A stretch of DNA of 64,000 nucleotides from Amphiscolops sp. MND2022 (taxonomy: Eukaryota). Below the pieces are notes generated by a model. It worked only from the letters and a program-made list of their open reading frames with translations. It had not been told where the DNA came from and searched no databases. The DNA lies in assembly GCA_964187785.1 (NCBI GenBank), contig OZ076410.1, positions 64,170,001 through 64,234,000 on the forward strand. The letters are read 5' to 3'. Below, piece after piece: positions 1-11,556 of the stretch. The first letter of the stretch is position 1. Each line of letters begins with the position of its first letter. A program made the translations under genes and the position numbers.

Positions 1-1129
1 ACCCATCACAAAAAAAGCCAATATGGCTGTCGATTGTAACATGCTGAGATAGGCTACGGCTCCGGGCCCCAATTGCGATGAGTCGGTAAATACTTGAAGC
101 TCAGTTCGCGAATTGGTAGGAAGGACTTGCATGCAACGCGGAAGAGAAACTCGATCAGATTTTGAGCTCTCGTGGAGCCATTTTTGAATTCGTTTCTGGA
201 ATGTGATGGGCAAATTTTCGTCCCAGGAAACTCCAGTTCGCCAAACTTCCTGCAGAATGATTTTCAATGTGACGACAGCTGGTGCTACTAAGCCTAACGG
301 GTCGAAAATGGAAGCAATCAAGGACAAAAGTTGCCGCAAGGTGAAACTGGTTTTCTCAGTAAAGTTATTCATATTGAACTTCAGGAAAAGTTTGTTTTCT
401 TGTATATCCCAAAGAACGCCTAAGACACGCAGTGGGTGTAATGACTGAACAGTGTGATCCTTGAGCGCACCTTGTAGGCAGTTCAGGTCGTTACTACCGA
501 ACTTAGTAAGGTTGAATCCGCCTTTTTGAAGAGCCTCTTTAACTGACAAAAGGTTTCGAAACGCTTCATTGGTGTTGAGGAAAGAATGAACTAAATCGTC
601 CATGTAGAATGCGTCGTGAATCAACTGTTTTGTGGCCACATCGTCTGCAGCAAAATCGTCTGCTGATTGTTTCCGAGCGAATATAGCAGTGGTGGGAGAA
701 CAAGCAGCACCGAATATCAAACGTGTGTACTGGTATTGGCGGATCGATCGAATTTCCAGTCAACCACAGGAAGCGAAGTGCGGCTTGGTCTTTCTCTGTA
801 ATGCTAATTTGCATAAACAGGGCCTCTATATCAGCTATAACTGCGACTGGTCGTTCGCGGAAACGGAGCAGAAGAATAAACAAGTTTTGAAGTAAGTCAG
901 GACCTGATAAAAGGTTGTCATTTGGCGATTGTCCTCGAAAGGAAGACGCTGCATTTGCCACACGTCGAACTTTCCCAGGCTTTTTTGCGTTACACACTGG
1001 GTGATGAGACAAATACCAAACTGCTTCAGGCTGAGGTTCCGTGAAGACCACTGGTTTCACGTACCGTTTTTCCCAATCTGTTTGCAAAGTTCCTTGGTAT
1101 TTGATTCGCAAGGTTTCATCTTTGGACAA
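1..1129 (-). pseudogene. pol: BEL/Pao pol: reverse transcriptase and start of RNase H, frameshifted
   Basis: ORF 566..1129 carries the BEL RT N-terminus. After a frameshift near 730 another frame reads YTRLIFGAACSP...AFYMDDLVHS...RVLGVLWD...SIFDPLGLVAP. Confidence 0.88.
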
Positions 1130-1140
1130 CGCGAATGTAA

Positions 1141-2472
1141 CTACTTCAATTGAGCTTTGGCTACTGGATAGTTGTTTTGCAACTCAACCTTTTCTTTCCA
1201 TGTCAATCCAACTTCGTACCGCTCCCCTGTATGCCTCATGTTCTCTTCAAGGAACTTCAATGCTTGCTGGTCTGTGATGGTGTTTTTGCTAGGAGTAGTT
1301 GATTCGGTACCACCAGAGTCAGCTAACCAAAGTCTCTGTGCCATTTGAGTAAGAACGTCGTTTTCATGGATGTGATGAGCTGTAAAATTAGTTGGGGAGG
1401 AGGAACAGGAAGTTCGCACACTCAAAGGTCCAGTGACGGTCCAGCCTAGCAGTTTTCGGACAGCGAAGGGGCTCGGTTTCGGGCCTTGTAGTATTTCACG
1501 TGTTGCGATATACTGGAATGCGTCGATGCCCAGAAGAAGGTGGACTGATTTGTCAGGTAAACACGGAGAGGAGACATGGTTGAGGTGTGTGAATGTCTGA
1601 CAAATCGCGTTTAGACGTTTCACATCCGGTGGTCTGAGTTTCATCGAGTCAACTGCTTGAACGTTGATCAGAGTGAACAAAGGTCGTTTGGAATTGGATG
1701 TTCCGATTTTCAGGGACGCGATGCCTGCTTGCAGGAGTGACTGCTCATATATACTTGTTAGTTGAAGCTCAATTGTCCTTTTCGGTTGAATACTAAGTGT
1801 GTTCACGGTGCGATTCAGTATATAAGATGCGGTACTACATGTATCGATTAAGGCGTAGCAGTCCACAAAACCTTGGTCACCATGAACGCGTATGGGGACT
1901 GTTTGAAGTCGACTAGCTGCTTGATGCTTGAACTTGGTACTGGTATCGAACGCAGTTGTTGGTTCGAACTCCGAGGCCTTGTTTTCGGCAAATTTAGTGT
2001 CGCTTGAGGCAATTTTTTGGATCGGTGTGTTTTTGTGGTTAGAATGACCAGGTTTGGTGGAAGTGGACGCTGGTCCCTGATTTTCACGACGAAGGCTAGT
2101 GTGATGTCGTTTTCCACAGTTGGTGACTTGACATCGAAGAGTTGATTTGCAGTCTTCAACCTTGTGACGGGGTGAGAGACAATTAAAACAGAGGTTTGAG
2201 CTTCTGACAAAATTGATCCTTTCTTGGACAAGTTTTTTCAGAAAATCAGGACATTTTCCCAAATGATGTTTCTCGTTATCAATAGGGCAAGCTATGGAAG
2301 CATTTTTTTCTTCCTTTTCAACTGGCAAGGTTGTCGGTTTGGTACGAACATTTTCGCGGTTGCTTTGTTTTGTAGTCTCAGGCATATCTTCACAAGCTCT
2401 AGCGTACACCGTCAACCATTGAGAAGACGCGGAAGGAAGCGCTGTTCGGGAAGCTTGTAATATTGTACTCAT
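1141..2472 (-). pseudogene. BEL gag C-terminus (zinc knuckles) + DUF1758 aspartic protease, copy 1
   Basis: CPIDNEKHHLGKC, CFNCLSPRHKVEDC and LIDTCS motifs; ends at a premature stop (AKAQLK*) shared by all three copies. Confidence 0.85.
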
Positions 2473-3054
2473 TCCACTTCATGTGAACAGCAGCTGATAG
2501 CTTGGCGACGACGGTTTCCAAAAGAAAACTCGAGCGAAGATCAGAATCAAACTGAAGATTTTCGAACGTTTGAACAAGTTTGCGGAGGAAAGCGCTGAAG
2601 CTTATGAATGATGAAGGACTTGATAATGCGGTGCAGGAATTTTTTGCAGTTCGGAGATGAACGATTTTGCAACATGTTTGGGATGACCAAAACGACGGCA
2701 CAATTAGTCAACAGCGGTTTTTAATATTTCTGCTTTAGCAGGAATATTATTGAAATCTGGAAACGTGTACTTTTTTTCAGAACAATTTTTCGGACGATCT
2801 GAATAATTCAGATATTTTGTTCGGCAGTGAGTGTAAGCGAGAGAGCTGCCGAAGACAATTCAATTCTAGTGCGATGGAACGAGCGAGTGGTAATTATCCA
2901 TTCGTATGCTGACGTCATAGAGACAAATACCAAACTGTTTCAGGCTGAGGTTCCGTGAAGACCACTGGTTTCACGTACCGTTTTTCCAAATCTGTTTGCA
3001 AAGTTCCTTGGTATTTGATTCGCAAGGTTTCATCTTTGGACAACGCGAATGTAA

Positions 3055-4386
3055 CTACTTCAATTGAGCTTTGGCTACTGGATAGTTGTTTTGCAACTCA
3101 ACCTTTTCTTTCCATGTCAATCCAACTTCGTACCGCTCCCCTGTATGCCTCATGTTCTCTTCAAGGAACTTCAATGCTTGCTGGTCTGTGATGGTGTTTT
3201 TGCTAGGAGTAGTTGATTCGGTACCACCAGAGTCAGCTAACCAAAGTCTCTGTGCCATTTGAGTAAGAACGTCGTTTTCATGGATGTGATGAGCTGTAAA
3301 ATTAGTTGGGGAGGAGGAACAGGAAGTTCGCACACTCAAAGGTCCAGTGACGGTCCAGCCTAGCAGTGTTCGGACAGCGAAGGGGCTCGGTTTCGGGCCT
3401 TGTAGTATTTCACGTGTTGCGATATACTGGAATGCGTCGATGCCCAGAAGAAGGTGGACTGATTTGTCAGGTAAACACGGAGAGGAGACATGGTTGATGT
3501 GTGTGAATGTCTGACAAATCTCGTTTAGACGTTTCACATCCGGTGGTCTGAGTTTCTTCGAGTCAACTGCTTGAACGTTGATCAGAGTGAACAAAGGTCG
3601 TTTGGAATTGTATGTTCCGATTTTCAGGGACGCGATGCCTGCTTGCAGGAGTGACTGCTCATATATACTTGTTAGTTGAAGCTCAATTGTCCTTTTTGGT
3701 TGAATACTAAGTGTGTTCACGGTGCGATTCAGTATATAAGATGCGGTACTACATGTATCGATTAAGGCGTAGCAGTCCACAAAACCTTGCTCACCATGAA
3801 CGCGTATGGGGACTGTTTGAAGTCGACTAGCTGCTTGATGCTTGAACTTGGTACTGGTATCGAACGCAGTTGTTGGTTCGAACTCGGAGGCTTTGTTTTC
3901 GGCAAATTTAGTGTCGCTTGAGGCAATTTTTTGGATCGGTGTGTTTTTGTGGTTAGAATGACCAGGTTTGGTGGAAGTGGACGCTGGTCCCTGATTTTCA
4001 CGATGAAGGCTAGTGTGATGTCGTTTTCCACAGTTGGTGACTTGACATCGAAGAGTTGATTTGCAGTCTTCAACCTTGTGACGGGGTGAGAGACAATTAA
4101 AACAGAGGTTTGAGCTTCTGACAAAATTGATCCTTTCTTGGACAAGTTTTTTCAGAAAATCAGGATATTTTCCCAAATGATGTTTCTCGTTATCAATAGG
4201 GCAAGCTATGGAAGCATTTTTTTCTTGCTTTTCAACTGGCAAGGTTGTCGTTTTGGTACGAACATTTTCGCGGTTGCTTTGTTTTGTAGTCTCAGGCATA
4301 TCTTCACAAGCTCTAGCGTACACCGTCAACCATTGAGAAGACGCGGAAGGAAGCGCTGTTCGGGAAGCTTGTAATATTGTACTCAT
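3055..4386 (-). pseudogene. BEL gag C-terminus + protease, copy 2
   Basis: Near-identical to copy 1 (443 aa) with the same stop. Confidence 0.85.
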
Positions 4387-4969
4387 TCCACTTCATGTGA
4401 ACAGCAGCTGATAGCTTGGCGACGACGGTTTCCAAAAGAAAACTCGAGCGAAGATCAGAATCAAACTGAAGGTTTTCGAACGTTTGAACAAGTTTGCGGA
4501 GGAAAGCGCTGAAGCTTATGAATGATGAAGGACTTGATAAATGCGGTGCGGGAAATTTTTGCAGTTCGGAGATGAACGATTTTGCAACATGTTTGGGATG
4601 ACCAAAACGACGGCACAATTACTCAAAAGCGGTTTTTAATATTTCTGCTTTAGCAGGAATATTATTGAAATCTGGAAACGTGTACTTTTTTTCAGAACAA
4701 TTTTTCGGACGATCTGAGTAATTCAGATATTTTGTTCGGCAGTGAGTGTAAGCGAGAGAGCTGCCGAAGACAATTCAATTCTAGTGCGATGGAACGAGCG
4801 AGTGGTAATTATCCATTCGTATGCTGACGTCGTAGAGACAAACACCAAACTGTTTCAGGCTGAGGTTCCGTGAAGACCACTGGTTTCACGTACCGTTTTT
4901 CCAAATCTGTTTGCAAAGTTCCTTGGTATTTGATTCGCAAGGTTTCATCTTTGGACAACGCGAATGTAA

Positions 4970-6300
4970 CTACTTCAATTGAGCTTTGGCTACTGGATAG
5001 TTGTTTTGCAACTCAATCTTTTCTTTCCATGTCAATCCAACTTCGTACCGCTCCCCTGTATGCCTCATGTTCTCTTCAAGGAACTTCAATGCTTGCTGGT
5101 CTGTGATGGTGTTTTTGCTAGGAGTAGTTGATTCGGTACCACCAGAGTCAGCTAACCAAAGTCTCTGTGCCATTTGAGTAAGAACGTCGTTTTCATGGAT
5201 GTGATGAGCTGTAAAATTAGTTGGGGAGGAGGAACAGGAAGTTCGCACACTCAAAGGTCCAGTGACGGTCCAGCCTAGCAGTGTTCGGACAGCGAAGGGG
5301 CTCGGTTTCGGGCCTTGTAGTATTTCACGTGTTGCGATATACTGGAATGCGTCGATGCCCAGAAGAAGGTGGACTGATTTGTCAGGTAAACACGGAGAGG
5401 AGACATGGTTGAGGTGTGTGAATGTCTGACAAATCTCGTTTAGACGTTTCACATCCGGTGGTCTGAGTTTCATCGAGTCAACTGCTTGAACGTTGATCAG
5501 AGTGAACAAAGGTCGTTTGGAATTGTATGTTCCGATTTTCAGGGACGCGATGCCTGCTTGCAGGAGTGACTGCTCATATATACTTGTTAGTTGAAGCTCA
5601 ATTGTCCTTTTTGGTTGAATACTAAGTGTGTTCACGGTGCGATTCAGTATATAAGATGCGGTACTACATGTATCGATTAAGGCGTAGCAGTCCACAAAAC
5701 CTTGGTCACCATGAACGCGTATGGGGACTGTTTGAAGTCGACTAGCTGCTTGATGCTTGAACTTGGTACTGGTATCGAACGCAGTTGTTGGTTCGAATCG
5801 GAGGCCTTGTTTTCGGCAAATTTAGTGTCGCTTGAGGCAATTTTTTGGATCGGTGTGTTTTTGTGGTTAGAATGACCAGGTTTGGTGGAAGTGGACGCTG
5901 GTCCCTGATTTTCACGATGAAGGCTAGTGTGATGTCGTTTTCCACAGTTGGTGACTTGACATCGGAGAGTTGATTTGCAGTCTTCAACCTTGTGACGGGA
6001 TGAGAGACAATTAAAACAGAGGTTTGAGCTTCTGACAAAATTGATCCTTTCTTGGACAAGTTTTTTCAGAAAATCAGGACATTTTACCAAATGATGTTTC
6101 TCGTTATCAATAGGGCAAGCTATGGAAGCATTTTTTTCTTGCTTTTCAACTGGCAAGGTTGTCGGTTTGGTACGAACATTTTCGCGGTTGCTTTGTTTTG
6201 TAGTCTCAGGCATATCTTCACAAGCTCTAGCGTACACCGTCAACCATTGAGAAGACGCGGAAGGAAGCGCTGTTCGGGAAGCTTGTAATATTGTACTCAT
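4970..6300 (-). pseudogene. BEL gag C-terminus + protease, copy 3 (extra 1-bp deletion near 5797)
   Basis: Split into ORFs 5677..6300 and 4970..5695; TTCGAATCGGAGG versus TTCGAACTC(C/G)GAGG in the other copies. Confidence 0.85.
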
Positions 6301-6546
6301 TCCACTTCATGTGAACAGCAGCTGATAGCTTGGCGACGACGGTTTCCAAAAGAAAACTCGAGCGAAGATCAGAATCAAACTGAAGGTTTTCGAACGTTTG
6401 AACAAGTTTGCGGAGGAAAGCGCTGAAGCTTATGAATGATGAAGGACTTGATAAATGCGGTGCGGGAAATTTTTGCAGTTCGGAGATGAACGATTTTGCA
6501 ACATGTTTGGGATGACCAAAACGACGGCACAATTAGTCAACAGCGG

Positions 6547-7081
6547 TTTTTAATATTTCTGCTTTAGCAGGAATATTATTGAAATCTGGAAACGTGTACT
6601 TTTTTTCAGAACACTTTTTCGGACGATCTGAATAATTCAGATATTTTGTTCGGCAGTGAGTGTAAGCGAGCGAGCTGCCGAAGACAATTCAATTCTAGTG
6701 CGATGGAACGAGCGAGTGGTAATTATCCATTCGTATGCTGACGTCATTGAGATGAAGCGAGCGAATGTTCGTATTTGTGCTTTCGTTGTCCCGAGTTATT
6801 GAGATGAAGCGAATGAGTGTTAATTATTCGTTCGTTGAGAGCTTCGCCTGCATTCAAATGCGAATGCGAAACTTCGTCTACGCTCAGTAGTTATATTTTC
6901 TTTAGTCCGAGAAGAATTAAAGGCGGTGTAAACTTGTACAGTGATTAATTGTGCTCTAAGTAATGATTAAACAGGAAAGTATTGGTATTCCAGATGTGAT
7001 TCTTTTATTATTTGATTTTTTTGTTTCAAAAAAATAAAGATTAAAGCAGAAATAGTACTGAGCCCCGGAGGGGCCTATTTT
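6547..7081 (+). mobile_element. Helentron-associated non-autonomous element (HINE/DINE-1-like) inserted in BEL gag
   Basis: 13-bp subterminal inverted repeats TATTTCTGCTTTA (6554-6566) / TAAAGCAGAAATA (7042-7054); 5' stem-loop TATTTCTGCT-TT-AGCAGGAATA (6554-6575); 3' hairpin GCCCC-GGA-GGGGC (7062-7074); T-runs at both ends. Removing it restores the gag frame CNPLFYK-TAVD*LCRRFGHP. Confidence 0.75.
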
Positions 7082-8182
7082 GTAGAACAGAGGATTGCAT
7101 CCGTAAAAGCCTATAGCTTCTTTGGCTGAACTAGAAACTAGTGTTTGGAGATAAGTAAGTTTTTCCGACTCGCTGAGTTGCTTGATATTGTCGATGGCAG
7201 ACTGGAACATAGCGAACCAGTCGGGCCAAAGTATGGGATTACCATCAAAGCGGTCAAGTTTGATGTCTGGTAGTTTGAAAGGAGAACGTTCACAGAGCTG
7301 ATGACTTGTTTGAGCGCTTGGAGCAGGTATAGTCCTGAACGCAGCTGTTGTTGTTGGAATCGGAGAATGATGGGTAGGTACAACACTACCGACACTAAAC
7401 CGTACTGCTGACGGCCCATGTGAGTCACAGGGTTCGTGACTGGGGTGTTGAGAGAAAGTGTTTTGGGGATTAGAACCGAACAACGGATTAAGTGGGATCT
7501 GAGGTGACAGACGTTGAATGGAGTTGTGTTGGGAATTGGAGAAGGTGTTTCCAGTAAAAGTCTCAGTAAACCGAATAGTGGTTGGACGCAAAAAGTCTTC
7601 GTCAAGCATGTCCATTTGATGGAGACTTCTCGGATTCGATGTGACGTTTTGACTTGGATGGAACGTTGCTGCTATGGAAACTGGCTCAAGGTTAAAAGGG
7701 GCACTAAAATCCATCGGACTGGCTACATTAGTGGGAATGGTGTATGTTGGTTCTGATTCCGATGGGGGACGAGTGTTAGAAATAGAAGCTCGGCTACTCT
7801 GACTCCAGCGTGAGCTTGAACGCGTTGGTGCGGATTTGAATTCTGTTTCATGCTTTTTAACAGCTAGAAGCAAGGTGGGTTTCTTTGACTGAAGTTCTGC
7901 AGCTGTAGCTCTCAGATCGACCATCACTTGATGATCTATGGAATCCATTTGACGAAGAACGACTTCCAAATCATCCAGTTTTCGGGTAAATTCTTCATAG
8001 AGTAGGTTACAGAGAGTCGGGTCGTCCTTGCTGGTGAGAGCGTTTGTCAGCCGGGAGTCGATATCCTCAAGGACGCCTGAATGACGCTCGAACCGTTTGA
8101 CCAGCTCGAAAGCTTTCTTCGGCAGAGCAGGTGATTCGTTTGTCATGTTCGTTAGGGGCGATTGCAGGAGCCAACAACTCAC
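7082..8182 (-). pseudogene. gag: BEL/Pao gag N-terminal part (DUF1759), truncated by the HINE insertion
   Basis: ORF 6956..8182 with a coiled-coil N-terminus and LPDIKLDRFDGNPILWPDWFAMFQSAID...KLTYLQTLV...AKEAI; the last ~40 codons read into the insertion. Confidence 0.88.
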
Positions 8183-9335
8183 GAGAGATTAGGAGAATGG
8201 GGGAATGCCTATTGACAGCAAACCCAAGTAAGTCGATGGCCCACGCCAACAACTCAAAAGGCAGGAACGGAATTGCAATCAGATGTTGCGCTAAGCAAAT
8301 TCAAAAAAAATTAAAAGGGGGGGAGAAGCGGAGAATGTTGCTTTTCTCCACTTCCAGATGACGAGCTTAATGGGTTACTACTGAGATGGGTTACTACTCA
8401 GAGGGGCATCCACTGAGGCGGCTGGCCACCGAGAAAGGGTTACGAATACCATTTTTGTAAGAAAGAATACACGGAGGAGTTATACAAAACAGGATGTCAA
8501 AAACTGGGGACAAATATTGATGTGTTAGGACACATGCTGTTTTTTTTTAAAGTTCGGGGAGAAATGTTTGTAGGGAAAGCTTTTTTTAATTTTTCAGGTT
8601 GGTAAAGATAGCATCGTTTTAAAACCAGGAGCGCCATATGAATAAAACGGCTCATAAAGTTCTATTCGTCAATTAACTGTTCAGTATTAAAGTCGAAACC
8701 CATGTGAACAAAGTCAACACAAGAAATCAAAATGTTTGGGAAACAGTAGTTTGTGAGTTCGAGTTAATGGGTCATTAACATTCCTTCCGAAATTAAATGA
8801 TCAATTTGCGTATGTTCGTTGCGAATCGCTTCAGCTACACGATGCAGTCCATGTGCTGAAGTCCATCCGTAGTTTCGTTCATGGGTACCCACAATTTGGC
8901 GTTCTTCAAATTGCCTCCAACTGTAGAAAGTTTTTCTTGGTATGCCCCATATAATGTACAATGCGAAGGGTTTTGACAGCAGCTATGTTGACAGAAATTT
9001 TCCTAAATCAAGCTGGAGCTTGTTGAATGGGATATTTAATGCCAATAATGCGGTACATAAACTTCTGTGAAATACCATTTGCGTTTTGCCTCAGATTTAT
9101 TATGCTTTTTGCTATTCAAAAGCTGAATAATTTTCTCATTCCGTGAGTAAAGACATGAACGAATAGAACACAACCATGATGCCATTTTCACCTGTGAGGC
9201 AGTTGAATTTACCAGAAAGTTGAATTTTTCACGTTTAGTTAATTTAGGTGCGGGCATAATTGCTTAGTACATTCAGAAGCGTGACAGATGGCTTCAATTT
9301 ATACTTGTTCCTTCAGGGTCTTAGTGGTTCCTTAA

Positions 9336-9460
9336 GGGCAGCATGGTGCAATGGTTAGTGCCTTTTGTCTGTACTGGGGCGGAATCAGGTTCGAATATCT
9401 CAACTCGCCATTGTTGGGCCTTAAGCAAATCCTTCATCCCTGGCTTAGAGGTATGGTCAT
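9336..9460 (+). mobile_element. tRNA-derived SINE-like fragment
   Basis: Pol III A-box-like TGGTGCAATGGTTA and B-box-like GGTTCGAAT, followed by GGGCCTTAAGCAAATCCTTCATCCC resembling a SINE core; no proper cloverleaf. Confidence 0.5.
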
Positions 9461-9463
9461 GAC

Positions 9464-10270
9464 TAGGGCAGACCAAAAATCTATTAGGTCAATTTTTAGC
9501 GACCGTGCTATTAGGTCAATTTTTGTTTACTCTATGCAAACAAGCTATAGCTTGCACACATTCTCCTCTGTTTATCCTATTATAAGGACTGAACTGTCTA
9601 AGCAAGCAGCGTCTAAAGCTGGCAAATCTGTAACGGCCGCAGCCCAAATTTAGAGCAGGAGGAATTTTAGCATGTAAATTTTGCGATAAATCCGTAAATT
9701 GTGAAAAAGATTTCAACATTCAAGCCCATAGCATTTCAGCCACTCATCAAGCAAAATTACTACGAGCAACTGCACCGTCTGTTCCGTTGACACAATCGGT
9801 TATCGGTTCAAATTTTAAGGAAGAATTTGTAATTCCTGGAAAAATACCTTAGCGGGGGACTCAAAATTCCAAATATTACCGCTTGTCGTCGAGTTGCTGA
9901 AGATTTATCAACTGCTGAAATTACCGGCTTTAAAGAGCAGATTTGGGACAAAAGAGTTTATTGTACCATGGACGAAACTTCTATCAACAAAAAGAATAAT
10001 GTGCACGTTTTATTGGGTTACTTGAAACTCCTTCAACGTTCAAGCTGGTGGACTTAAAAATAGTGGAAAATGCAACAGCAGAGACCATAACATTTGTCGT
10101 AGACGACTTGGTTAGATGCCGCAATTTGGTAGATGCAATAATTGAACGATCAATGTCAATGTTACGCAAAGTCTTGAGACAAGATCGCCCATTTGCAGAT
10201 GGAAATGTTTCGGAACACTTTCGAACAAGGCGGGAACGTCTCAAGTCGGCGCTATATCTGAGGCTCGAAT
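9464..10270 (+). pseudogene. hAT-superfamily (CGGBP1-like) transposase remnant with possible left end
   Basis: TAGGGCAGACC start with a repeated CTATTAGGTCAATTTTT subterminal motif. Frameshifted frames read GILACKFCDKSVNCEKDFNIQAHSISATH (BED-like C2H2), then VYCTMDETS (first catalytic Asp) and FKLVDLKIVENATAETI. No right end found. Confidence 0.6.
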
Positions 10271-10943
10271 AAAATCCAAGGGGGGACCCTTTGGAGAGAA
10301 AAAAAATCGAGAAAAAGTCGCACAGTGCCGAAAAAGAATCGACAGGTGGGACCCTCTGGAGTAACTTAGATGCGTTTCCCAGGTATTCGTTTAGTTTCAT
10401 GAACAAAACGTTAACGTTCGAAAAACGAGTGACTGTAATAATCGGGCTCTTTTATTAATAAAAGCCCCGACTAAAAACCCAAACGACCGAACTGGGGCGC
10501 TAAAAGCGGGACCCTTTCGGCTTTTTCAACATCCATTTTGTCGCAAAACATCAAAAAAATTGAAGGGGGACCCTTTGGCGAAATTTTTTTCCGAAAAATG
10601 TCTCACAATGCCAAAAAAACTGAAAGGGAGGAACCTTTCGTCTCGCCCGGTATTGCATCTCACTCTGAAAAAAAAACGAACAGCTTTCATATTTCAGTTC
10701 GTTTTTCTAAATTATCCACTTTGGCACCTTAAATTTTCGTAGAACTCTGTGGAACTATTTTGGTCAGTTCGTGTGAATTGAAAAAAGAGTCACTATTATA
10801 GTTGTAATTCACATTCTGTCGCAAAACATCAAATAAAATTGAAGGGGACCCTTTACCGAAATTGTTTCCGACAAATGTCATGTCTGACAATGGCAAAAAA
10901 ACTGAAAGGGGGGAACCTTTCGTCTCGCCCGGTATTGCATCTC
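10270..10943. repeat. Dispersed GGGGACCC/CGCACAGTGCCGAAAA-type repeat family, including a ~280-bp tandem unit (Polinton target)
   Basis: TGTCGCAAAACATCAA at ~10539 and ~10817; CGTCTCGCCCGGTATTGCATCTC at ~10639 and 10921. The second unit resumes at 25020 after the Polinton. Confidence 0.75.
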
Positions 10944-11082
10944 AGTAGTAAGGGAAGGGGGGTTTAGACTCAATGAAGGATCCCAAAATTCTAAGATAGA
11001 ATTCTTAGACTCAATCATGGGTCCCAAAATTCTAAGATAGAATTCTTAGACTCAATCATGGATCCCTAATCTTAAAACATGC
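10944..11082 (+). repeat. Polinton left terminal inverted repeat (contains 41-bp tandem units)
   Basis: Reverse complement of 24881-25019 with about 6 mismatches; unit TTAGACTCAATCATGGATCCCAAAATTCTAAGATAGAATTC present ~2.6 times. Confidence 0.95.
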
Positions 11083-11556
11083 TATAAGGCCAAAGTTCGA
11101 GATCGACATGAACTTTGCTTAAATAACAAACATTGACAGCTAAATAAATATGCACTGATACAGAAATTAAACCTTTTATTTGACAAAAATTTTAGAAAAT
11201 GAATTTTAACTAACCTTCTTTTCTTCATGCTCAACCTCCAAATAACTGTAAACGGTAAGATATCCCTCAAAACGGCAAAGAAATTAGAAACTCATCCTTG
11301 TTTTAGAAATTTTAACCAAAACTTCTAACACAAGTAACCAATTTGAGATACCATTTATGGCATAACCGCACAGTCCGAACAACCAATGCATACTCAAAAT
11401 TTCATGCACATTCCAAAACGGAATGCACGCCCGGACTGTGCGGATGGAAAATCGACTTGAGAAAAACCATAACTATGGAAAAATGGAATTGCATAACCTG
11501 AAAAGTTGATAAGATTACTTTTCGTCACAGAAATCATTCTCTAGTTAGACTTCGCC

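Larger units (their letters stand above)
1006..6748. repeat. Head-to-tail tandem triplication, unit ~1914-1915 bp (BEL gag-pol segment plus 5' ~200 bp of the HINE insertion)
   Basis: Unit starts GAGACAAA(T/C)ACCAAACTG at 1006, 2920 and 4835 and ends ...GCTGACGTCAT at ~6748. Copies differ by scattered SNPs and 1-bp indels; the ORF track repeats three times. Confidence 0.97.
1..8250 (-). mobile_element. Decayed BEL/Pao LTR retrotransposon (gag-protease-RT-RNaseH; continues past window start; LTR not resolved)
   Basis: Minus-strand order: DUF1759-type gag (FKLPDIKLDRFDGNPILWPDWF), CCHC knuckles (LCFNCLSPRHKVEDC), aspartic protease (YALIDTCSTASY), BEL-type RT (HHPV..KPGKVRRV, GPDLLQNL, ADIEALFMQ, LRFLW, FYMDD) and FDPLGLVAP near 280-300. 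Confidence 0.92.

Noticed and set aside
8250-9300. 5' LTR/PBS of the BEL element and short ORFs 8764..8961 and 9036..9257
   Set aside because: No partner LTR in the window, no clear TGG-PBS, and no recognisable motifs in the ORFs.
9336-9410. Functional tRNA gene
   Set aside because: A/B boxes are present but there is no consistent cloverleaf or anticodon arm, and it runs into a SINE-core-like sequence. Similar box fragments at ~55625 and ~57635 were also not called.
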